Source of the DNA: Anaeramoeba ignava BMAN
Taxonomy: Eukaryota > Protista > Anaeramoebae
Direction of reading: 5' to 3'
DNA length: 64,000 nucleotides
Assembly: GCA_028826165.1 (NCBI GenBank)
Contig: JAPDFW010000061.1
Span: forward strand, 248,001-312,000
In this document: positions 13,501 through 24,100 of the stretch, piece after piece
Layout of the letters: the number at the start of each line of letters is the position of its first letter
How positions within the stretch are numbered: the first letter of the stretch is position 1
Notes under the pieces: generated by a model
What the model saw: the letters and a program-made list of their open reading frames with translations, nothing else
What the model was told of the DNA's origin: nothing
Database searches by the model: none
Position numbers and translations under genes: made by a program

Positions 13501-14117
13501 TAATGCGACTTTCAGTTCCGATCAAAAAGGCGTTAAAGAATCTAGGAACACTTGACATTTCGACGATCTGTCCAAGTCACGGAGTTGTTTTCCGGCAAAA
13601 AGAAAACATTTCCAAAATCATTGAAAAATACACAGACTGGGCAAATTTCAAGAAGAAACCTCACGTGATCTTATTCTACGACACAATGTACAAGTCAACA
13701 CAAAGAATGATCAACGAAGTAGCTGCCGGGATCAAAGAAGTGTCAGGTGTTACTTTTGACATTATGAACGTTCGCACAAATCACATCACAGACATAGCAA
13801 CTGGCGCATTGGACTGTGCAGCACTTGTTGTAGGAAGCCCAGTTTTCCAGGAACACTCAATGCCAGAAGTCATTTGCGCTCTATCTTACCTAGAAGCTCT
13901 TAGACCCCTTGACAAGCTTGCTTTGATCGTCAGTTCTTATGGTTGGAGTCAATCTGGTGCTGCTAATGATATCTCCCGTTATCTGGACTCCATAAAAGCA
14001 AAACAAATTAGAGATCCTATTTTTTCTTTTTATCGTCCTACTAATTCTCTTTTGAAAGAGTGCAGAGATGCCGGAAAACAATTGGCTTTGGAGGTTAAAA
14101 AAGTTTGCAATATTTAA
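10517..14117 (+). CDS. fprA: Flavodiiron protein with N-terminal adrenodoxin-type [2Fe-2S] ferredoxin and putative organellar presequence (581 aa)
   Basis: Exons 10517-11123 and 12979-14117 (phase-1 GT-AG intron). Ferredoxin motif C-x5-C-x2-C-x36-C (CGGNMSCARC...SRLAC). FDP motifs GIHWCGVIDWDLRDFHGY, GGTYNSY, HVEMDH, VHWPES, MDAFG, CPSHG, then flavodoxin (YDTMYKST, VGSP, SYGWS). Confidence 0.92.
11135..12965 (+). repeat. Intronic 10-mer repeat (ATATTATTGA/ATATTATTAA)n
   Basis: Fills the intron 11124-12978. Confidence 0.9.
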
Positions 14118-14279
14118 TTCTTTCTTTTTGATCTTCTTTTTTTTTCTTTTCTTTTTTTTTTGAAAGAAAAAATGTGGAACGGAAAAAAAACAAACAAACA
14201 AACAAACAAACAAACTTTTTTTTTTTTGAAATGAATCAAAGTCAAAAAATTTGATTAAATAAAAAAAAAACAAATTCAA

Positions 14280-16925
14280 TATTAATTACATTTTTATTTC
14301 CAAATTAAAATTATAAATAAAATATAATAAAATCTTTATTTAATATTTATCCCAAATTTAATATAAATCTAATAAATTATAAAATATTTATTACATTTTA
14401 ATTTCCAAAATTTTAATTTATATTAATTAATAATAAATAATAAAATATTTATTAAATTTAAATTATAAATAAAATATAATAAAATATTAATTTAATATTG
14501 ATCAAAAATCTTTATAAATAAATTTAATAAATTATAAAATATTTATTACATTTTAATTTCCAAAATTTAAATTTATATTAAAAATAATAATAAATAATAA
14601 AATATTTATTAAATTTAAAATTATAAATAAAATATAATAAAATCTTAATTTAATATTTATCCCAAATTTAATATAAATCTAATAAATTATAAAATATTTA
14701 TTACATTTTTATTTCCAAAATTTAAATTTATATTAAATAATAATAAATAATAAAATATTTATTAAATTTAAATTATAAATAAAATATAATAAAAATATTA
14801 ATTTAATATTGATTCCAAATTTAATATAAATTTAATAAATTATAAAATATTTATTACATTTTAATTTCCAAAATTTAAATTTATATTAAATAATAATAAT
14901 AAATAATAAAATATTTATTAAATTTAAATTATAAATAAAATATAATAAAATATTAATTTAATATTGATTCCAAATTTAATATAAATTTAATAAATTATAA
15001 AATATTTATTACATTTTAATTTCCAAAATTTAAATTTAAGATTAAATAATAATAAATAATAAAATATTTATTAAATTTAAATTAGAAATAAAATATAATA
15101 AAATCTTTATTTAATTTTATCCCAAAATTTAATATAAATTTAATAAATTATAAAATATTTATTACATTTTTAATTTCCAAAATTTAAATTTAGATTAAAT
15201 AATAATAAATAATAAAATATTTATTAAATTAAAATTAGAAATAAAATATAATAAAATCTTTTATTTAATATTGATCCCAAATTTAATATAAATTTAATAA
15301 ATTATAAAATATTTATTACAATTTCCAAAATTTAATTAATAATAAATAATAAAATATTTATTAAATTTATATTATAAATAAAATATAATAAAATATTAAT
15401 TTAATATTGATTCCAAATTTAATATAAATTTAATAAATTATAAAATATTTATTACATTTTAATTTCCAAAATTTAAATTAAGATTAAATAATAATAAATA
15501 ATAAAATATTTATTAAATTAAAATTAGAAATAAAATATAATAAAATCTTTAATTTAATATTGATCCCAAATTTAATATAAATCTAATAAATTATAAAATA
15601 TTTATTACATTTTTATTTCCAAAATTTTAATTATGATTAAATAATAATAAATAATAAAATATTTATTAAATTTAAATTATAAATAAAATATAATAAAATC
15701 TTTAATTTAATATTTATCCCAAATTTAATATAAATTTAATAAATTATAAAATATTTATTACATTTTAATTTCCAAAATTTAAATTAAGATTAAATAATAA
15801 TAAATAATAAAATATTTATTAAATTTAAATTATAAATAAAATATAATAAAATCTTTATTTAATATTGATCCCAAATTTAATATAAATCTAATAAATTATA
15901 AAATATTTATTACATTTTTATTTCCAAAATTTTAATTAAGATTAAATAATAATAAATAATAAAATATTTATTAAATTTAAAATTAGAAATAAAAATATAA
16001 TAAAATCTTAATTTAATATTTATCCCAAATTTAATATAAATTTAATAAATTATAAAATATTTATTACATTTTTATTTCCAAAATTTTAATTAAGATTAAA
16101 TAATAATAAATAATAAAATATTTATTAAATTTAAAATTAGAAATAAAAATATAATAAAATCTTTATTTAATATTTATTCCAAATTTAATATAAATCTAAT
16201 AAATTATAAAATATTTATTACATTTTTATTTCCAAAATTTTAATTAAGATTAAATAATAATAAATAATAAAATATTTATTAAATTTAAATTATAAATAAA
16301 ATATAATAAAATCTTAATTTAATATTTATTCCAAATTTAATATAAATCTAATAAATTATAAAATATTTATTACATTTTAATTTCCAAAATTTTAATTTAG
16401 ATTAAATAATAAAATAAATAATAAAATATTTATTAAATTTAAATTATAAATAAAATATAATAAAAAATCTTAATTTAATATTTATTCCAAATTTAATATA
16501 AATTTAATAAATTATAAAATATTTATTACATTTTAATTTCCAAAATTTAAATTTAGATTAAATAATAATAAATAATAAAATATTTATTAAATTTAAATTA
16601 TAAATAAAATATAATAAAATATTAATTTAATATTTATCCCAAATTTAATATAAATTTAATAAATTATAAAATATTTATTACATTTTTATTTCCAAAATTT
16701 AAATTAAGATTAAATAATAATAAATAATAAAATATTTATTAAATTAAAATTATAAATAAAATATAATAAAATCTTTAATTTAATATTGATTCCAAATTTA
16801 ATATAAATTTAATAAATTATAAAATATTTATTACATTTTAATTTCCAAAATTTAAATTTATATTAAATAATAATAAATAATAAAATATTTATTAAATTTA
16901 AATTAGAAATAAAATATAATAAAAA
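14280..16925. repeat. Intergenic tandem satellite, about 153-bp unit, about 17 copies
   Basis: Marker TTACATTTT..ATTTCCAAAA recurs at about 15452, 15605, 15758, 15910, 16678 and 16831, with a few internally deleted units. Confidence 0.9.
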
Positions 16926-17231
16926 TTGGATTTAATTTTAAGATCAAAATGGAAATAAATTGGATCAATCAAAAAAAAGGAAAAAAAAATTTTTTAATTA
17001 AAAAAATTAAAAAAGAATAAAAAATTAAAATTATTTTTATTTATTAAACACAAAAAAAGAAAATCATTAATTATCAAAATGAGTTTAAATTTTTTTTTAA
17101 TTTAATTTATTTTTTTGACTTTTTTAAAAATGAATTTTTGGAAAACATTTTTTCCTTTTTTTAATTTTAATTTTAATTTTTAATTTTAATTTTTAATTTT
17201 AATTTTAATTTTAATTTTCAATTTTGTATTT

Positions 17232-18410
17232 ATGGAAAACAAAATTGATTTATTGACTTATAACCTCTTTATTCGACCACCAGGTGTCAAAACAAATAAA
17301 AACGATTTCAAAGATGAAAGATTAAAAGAGTTAATGAAACACATAAGCAAATATGACATAGTATGTTTTCAAGAGTTATTTGGATTTTTATCAAGAAGAC
17401 AAAAACAATTTATCAAAAAAAGCAAAACAAAAGGATTTAAATATTCATACTCAGCACCATTTTCACCATCAACACTTTCAGTCCTTGATGGCGGGCTTGT
17501 AATTCTCAGCAAATTGCCAATAACGGAAACGGACCACATTATCTATTCAAAAGCATGTGCAATTGATCGAGTAGTTGCAAAAGGAGCAATTTATGCAAAA
17601 ATTAATTCTGGTTCTAAAAATTCAAACAGTCATTTCCACTTGTTCACAACCCATCTTCAAGCTTCTTACAGATCCAAAGATAAAACAATGGAAGAAACTG
17701 ATCAAAAAGCAAAATCCATTCGAAAATCGCAATTAAAAGAACTAAGAAATTTTATTTACAAAAAAGCAATCCAAAAAAACCCCCTTGATTTTCAAGAACC
17801 AATCGTTGTTGCTGGTGATTTCAACATAAATGCGTTTCCCGAATTTAAAAAAGAAGAACTTTTCGGTTATAAAGAAAACTACAGTCAAAAATACACAGAC
17901 ACCCCCGAATATCAAAGACTCATCAAAACACTTTCTTTTAAGAATTTTATTGTTCAAGATCTGGCAAAAATTCACAATCAAAATATCCCCCAAATTACAA
18001 GTGGTGATTTTGACATTTCTAATAATGAAATCATATCTAAAGAAACTGTTTTAAGTTCTAAATTGGACCAATGCAGTTGTTCTTCTCTTGATTATATTTT
18101 TCTTATCAAACCAAAAATCTCCAATTCAAATTATCATTTCAATTCAATTGAAAATTCAACAAAAACCGTTCCTTTTTTTGTACAAAATCTTCCGTTTTCT
18201 CAACTTTCGGATCATTATGGAGTTTCTACTTGTTTTGAGAATAATTCAAATAATTCTGAAAATAATTCTGAAAATAATTCTGAAAATAATTCTGATCAAA
18301 TCAAATTTAAAACTAATAAGAAAAGATGGCTTAGGCTTTCTTTTATGAAAACTTTTCCAATTTCAATTCTTTCAATTTGTGTTCTTCTTGTTTTTACATT
18401 CTTATTTTAA
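17232..18410 (+). CDS. Sphingomyelin phosphodiesterase-like EEP (endonuclease/exonuclease/phosphatase) family protein with C-terminal TM anchor
   Basis: Motifs LLTYNL, YDIVCFQELF, DGGLVILSKLPI, FTTHLQA, AGDFNI, LDYIF, LSDHYGV; hydrophobic C-terminus; intronless. Confidence 0.85.
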   Translation: MENKIDLLTYNLFIRPPGVKTNKNDFKDERLKELMKHISKYDIVCFQELFGFLSRRQKQFIKKSKTKGFKYSYSAPFSPSTLSVLDGGLVILSKLPITETDHIIYSKACAIDRVVAKGAIYAKINSGSKNSNSHFHLFTTHLQASYRSKDKTMEETDQKAKSIRKSQLKELRNFIYKKAIQKNPLDFQEPIVVAGDFNINAFPEFKKEELFGYKENYSQKYTDTPEYQRLIKTLSFKNFIVQDLAKIHNQNIPQITSGDFDISNNEIISKETVLSSKLDQCSCSSLDYIFLIKPKISNSNYHFNSIENSTKTVPFFVQNLPFSQLSDHYGVSTCFENNSNNSENNSENNSENNSDQIKFKTNKKRWLRLSFMKTFPISILSICVLLVFTFLF

Positions 18411-18497
18411 AAAACAATTTCCCAAATAAAAAAAATTTATTAAAAAATTTCATTTTTTTTCTTTTTTCTTTTTTCTTTTTTAATAAATAAATTTAAA

Positions 18498-19989
18498 ATG
18501 TCAAATAATAAAATTATTTATTCAGGTTGGTTATCTTTAAAAAATGGCAAAAAATTCTTTTGTACTTTAAATGTTGAAGGTATATTTGAATACAGTAAAC
18601 TTTGTGGAGGAGAAAAAGAAGGGGAAATTGATATAACAGAAGCAATTATTAATTCCTTTGATGAACCAAATAAAAAAATTACAAAAAAAGTAATTGTTCA
18701 ATTATAAAAAATATATTATAAATTATAAATTATAAAATAAATTATAAAATAAATTATAAAATAAATTATAAAATAAATTATAAAATAAATTATAAAATAA
18801 ATTATAAATTAAATTATAAATTAAATTATAAAATAAATTATAAATTAAATTATAAAATAAATTATAAAAATATAAAAATTATAAATTAAATTATAAATTA
18901 AATTATAAATTAAAATAAATTATAAATTGGAAAATAAATTATAAATTAAATATAAAATAAAATAAATAAATTAAATTATAAATTCAAAAATCTAAATTAT
19001 AAAATAAATTATAAATTAATTTTTAAATTAAATTATAAAAATAAATTATAAAATAAATTATAAATTAAATTATAAATTAAATTAAAAATTAAATTATAAA
19101 TTAAATTAAAATTAAATTATAAAATTAAAATATAAAAATAAATTATAAAATAAATTATAAAATAAATTATAAAATAAATTATAAAATAAATTATAAATTA
19201 AATTATAAATAAAATTATAAATTAAATTATAAAATAAATTATAAAATAAATTATAAATTAAATTATAAATTAAATTATAAAATAAATTATAAATTGGAAA
19301 ATAAATTATAAAATAATTAAAAATTAAATTATAAATTAAATTATAAAATAAATTATAAATTAAATTATAAATTATAAATTAAATTATAAAATAAACTATA
19401 AATTAAATTATAAATTAAATTATAAAATAATTATAAAAAGTTTGTTGGCAGAGCTTTTGAATTTGAATTGGAAAAAAACTCAATGGTTTTTATTGCAGAT
19501 AATAAAGAACAACGTGATAATTGGGTTAATTTTATCTCTCAAATTCTTAAAGGAAATGTTGATTTAATTGAAAATTCATTACAAAAAAATCAAAATGAAA
19601 TTGTTAATCAAAATACAAATCTCACAACAAATTTATTTCGATCAGGTCTTGAAATTGTTTCAAATCCTGATTCTGTTGTTTCAAAAAAAGATTTTGAACA
19701 AAAATCAAAAGAACTTGAAAAACTTCAATTTGAAAATGATTTTCTTCATAAACAAATTCAAGAAATTTTAGATAAAAAAGAAAAAACAAATCAAAATGAA
19801 AATCAAAATGAAAATCAAAATGAAAATCGGAAAAAAATTTATAAATCGGAAAATGTTTCTGTTGATTCTGTTTGTAATTCTTTAATTGAATTGATTGAAG
19901 GTTTTATTGGTTTTCTTCAAGAAGAATTAAAAGAAGAATTTCCTTCTGATTTGAATTATTTATCAAAAAATCTTGAGAAAAATTTATAA
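18498..19989 (+). CDS. PH-domain plus coiled-coil protein
   Basis: Exons 18498-18689 and 19441-19989 (phase 0). IIYSGWLSLK...KKFFCTL...GEIDI...AFEF...VFIADNKEQRDNWVNFI is a PH signature. The intron is an (ATAAATT)-type repeat. Confidence 0.75.
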
Positions 19990-20055
19990 GAAAAAATTGA
20001 ATGATTTTTATTTTAATTTTTTAATTTTTTAATTAAATTAATTTTTTAATTAAAT

Positions 20056-20970
20056 TTATTTTTCAAAAATTCCTAATAAATCAGTTTCTGGAAAAAGTAA
20101 ATATTCAATTCCTTTATAAATTATTGAATCTCCACCATAATGTGGAAGCATTACAATATCTCCTTTTTTAACACTTAAAGTTCCTCTAATTCCTTTTGAA
20201 TTTACTCTTCCTTCTCCAACTGCAACTACTTTTCCTCTATCAACTTTTTTAATAATTGAATCAGGAATATAAATTCCAGAATCTGTTTTATTTATAGTTT
20301 GTTCTTTGAGTATTAAAACTTTATCAAAATATGGTTTAATTGGAATATCTTCATTTTGTTTTTTTGAATTTTCTTTTGACTTTAAAATTTAAATTCATTT
20401 ATAAAATTAAAATTAAAATTAAAATTAAAATCAAAATTAAAATTAAAATTAAAATTAAAATTAAAATTAAAATTAAAATTAAAATTAAAATTAAAATTAA
20501 AATTAAAATTAAAATTAGAATCAAAATTAAAATTAAAATTAAAATTAAAATTCAAAATTAAAATTAAAATTCATTTATAAAATTAAAATTAAAATTCATT
20601 TATAAAATTAAAATTAAAATTAAAATTTAAATTAAAATTAAAATTAAAATTAAAATTAAAATTAAAATTTAAATTAAAATTAAAATTCATTTATAAAATT
20701 AAAATTCATTTATAAAATTAAAATTAATATTCATTTATAAAATTAAAATTAAAATTAAAATTAAAATTCATTTATAAAATTAAAATTAAATAAATTTGAA
20801 TTTAGTTACTTTAATTTGTGAACTAAAAAAGTTTTGAAAAATTTGTGTTGTTGTTTTAACTGTTTGAGTTGAAGTTAAAAAATTTTTAATAGGAATCTAA
20901 TTATTAATTATAAATTTAAATTAAAAAAGAATGTAAATGTTAAAAAATTAAAAATAAAATAACAAACCAT
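20056..20970 (-). CDS. cpn10: Chaperonin 10 (Cpn10/Hsp10/GroES family) with N-terminal extension; absent from the ORF track
   Basis: Exons 20970-20968 (ATG), 20896-20810, 20379-20056. IKPYFDKVLI...KTDSGIYIPDS...GKVVAVGEGR...VKKGDIVMLPHYGGDSIIYKGIEYLLFPETDLLGIFEK*. Confidence 0.9.
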
Positions 20971-21118
20971 TTAAAATTTAAATTAAAAAAATGAAAAATG
21001 AAAAAATGAAAAAATGAAAAAAAATTTTTTTTCTCTTCATCTTTTTTAATCAAAAAAAAAAAACAAATAAAATTGATTAAAACACATTTTTATTAATTAT
21101 TTCTTGTTTTGAAAATTT

Positions 21119-24100
21119 TTAAAGATATTTTTTCTTTGTTTTTTGTCTTTCAAGAATTTCTTGAGTTTCTTTAATAAAAAAATAAGGATTTTTTAAAAGT
21201 TGAATTTGATTTAATTGTTGAGCTTTTTTAGAAATCATTTTCATAACAGATTTAAATTTATCAGGAAATTTAATTTGAAAATTTTCAGTAAGAAAACTTG
21301 AAGCATGAAAACTAATTAAAGGTTGATTATGATCTAATAAATCTTTAAAAAATTCAATACCTCCAATTGATTTTAAATCTGATAATTTTTTTTTACATTT
21401 TTGTGAAAGAAGAACTAAACAAGCAGCTTTTGCTTCAATAAAATCTTCATTTTCAGGAAGATGATTAAAAATATATAAAAGAGAACTATTACAAAAAATT
21501 AAAATCAAGTTATTTAATTTAATTTAATTTTTCAATTCAAATCAAATCAATTCAATTTAATTCAATTCAATATTCAATTCAATAACACAATTTTCGAATG
21601 AAGGAATTTTTTTGAGACAAAATTCAAAAACTAGAAATTAGAAAGAGTTTTGTTGTTTTGTGTTGTAAAATTCATTCATTTTCTTAAGAAAATTTTGATC
21701 GATTTCTTTTTTGGATTTTTTTTTATAATTTTTTCTTTGTTTTTTTTTTCTTCAATTTAATCAAATTTTTCACTACAAATAAAATAATTTCCTAAATATT
21801 CTGTTTTCTGAATTGAAACTGAATGATCTTTTTCTCCCAAATTTTCAAAAGACGAATTAATTCATTATTGAAATTGCATAGACACAAAAAAAATCTCAAA
21901 AAACCATGTTGCCCCATCCTGTGCAAAATTTTATCTCTTGATTGTTTTTGGAAAAGATGAAGTGAAAATTTTCTTTTCTTTCAAAGTTTGCACAGGTTGC
22001 GTCCTAGCGATTAAAAAGAAAAAAAATATGTTGAAAAAATTTTCATTTTTTTTTTCACAATTTTTCTTTAAATTGTTTTTCAATTCTTTGATGCAACCAA
22101 AAAATAATTATATTTGGTTTAACCATTTACCAAAAAATTGGCGTGGATCAGTTTCACAAGATATAATTCAACAAACAATCCAAAATATTCGAAAAGAAGA
22201 AAATATCGTGTTGAATGAGGAGAATCTAAAAGCTCGGATTCTTAATTACAAAAAAATCAAAAAAAACTATAAAAAGAGGAAAAAGAACTTTTTAGAAGCA
22301 GAATACACAGGAAAGATTGAAGAAATTTCAAAACCTATCTCGACAACCGAGAATTCAGATGAATCTTTGTCAAAGAATAAAGGACAGGTCGGAAGGCCGA
22401 AAAAACCTTTAATTCAATGCAAAAATCCAGAGTTAAAAATACGAAGACTTATGCACAAAAAAAAAGGAATTAGTGAAGATGAAGTTCAAGAAATTGTTGA
22501 TTTTTATCAAAAATTCATTTCAAATTCGCAAACTGAGGAAAAAAATCTCAGAAAACATCAGATTTGTCAGCAGGCTTTTCTTGACACTATGGCTAAGTTT
22601 GGGGAAAGGAGTACTGTAAGAAAAAGAATTTTCAATCAAATTGCTATCCAAAGTCGAAATCAACTTACACAAACACAGATCAGTGACTGGCTAGATGTGG
22701 ACCCATCCTATATTTCTAAATTGATGGAAGAGAATTTAAATCTAGAATCGATTCATGACTCCATCACAGTTTCTCATCCCAGAATTCAAGAAAGTCAAAT
22801 TGAAGGAATGAGAGATGATTGGTTCAATTTTAATCCTTCACAGAGTGGAGTGTTTTATCCTGTTCATTCACCTCATAATTCCGATGTGGAAGATAATAAT
22901 GATGAAGATGATAAAGATGATGAAGATGATGAAGATGATGAAGATGATGAAGATGATGAAGATGATGAAGATGATGAAGATGATGAAGATGATGAAGATG
23001 ATGAAGATGATGAAGATGATGAAGATGATGAAGATGATGAAGATGATGAAGATGATGAAGATGATGAAGATGATGAAGATAATGAAGGTGATGAAAGTGG
23101 TGAAAAGGAGAAAAAGAATGAATATGAGTCAAATCACTCCGAAAGAGAACAAAAAAAACATTCTCGATCTACTCAAAACAACCAAGATAACACCAATATA
23201 ATGAATAATAATAATAATAATAATCAATCTTGCAAAGATTCAAATTCCCTTCCAGGAAAAGAAAATACTTCTAGAAAAAAGAAAAAAGAAAAGAAAAGAA
23301 AAAATATGAATTTACACTCAAAAAAATCTCATCATGTTCAAAGAGGTACCGACAAAGAAAATTATGAAAAATATCTCCAAGTGCAAAATTCGAAACATAT
23401 CTCCTCGAAGTTTTTCCTGCTTCAGGAAATATAAACCCCGTAGAATCAAAAAATCAAAATACTATCGATGTCAGGATACCTCCTTCTGCGAAAAATGTCA
23501 CAGAAAAGATCAATATCATGAGCTGTGTTGGAAAAATCAACGAAGGAATTTTTTTCTCCAGAAAGAGAATTTGAAAGAGGATGAAGCACTACTTGTTTTT
23601 GATTTTGGAACTTTTTATCCAATTTCAAAAAAGGATAGCGCTCATAAGGTAGTGGATTTGATTCTTGTGAAAATTTATCATCTTCAAAATGTGGAAAAGA
23701 TCGAATATTTTGATTTCTTTTCCCAAAGTCATCCTGAAGGATTCAATTTTTTTAGATGCTCTCTCAATTTTTTCTGGAAGAATCTACATGGTTTCAACAA
23801 TTTCAAAAAAATTGAGGTATGGAGTGACAATGGGAATACTTTCAAAAATCGAAAGACAATTTATTTCCTTCAATTTTTAGTCAACAAACTCTCTATTGAA
23901 ATAAATTATAATTTTTTTGTCTCCCATCATGGAGCATCTATATGTGATTCTCATATAGGACAATTAAAGAAAAAGGAGATCGAAGAGAAAATGAGATTAA
24001 AGGCTCCATTAAATGAAAATGACTATAAAAATCTATCAAAAAAACTCAAAAATAGTCACGGACTTGTCATATCAAACTATATCTTAGATATCCAGTTTCG

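Noticed and set aside
14280-16925. CRISPR-like array
   Set aside because: Units are contiguous repeats with no unique spacers, there are no cas genes, and the context is eukaryotic.
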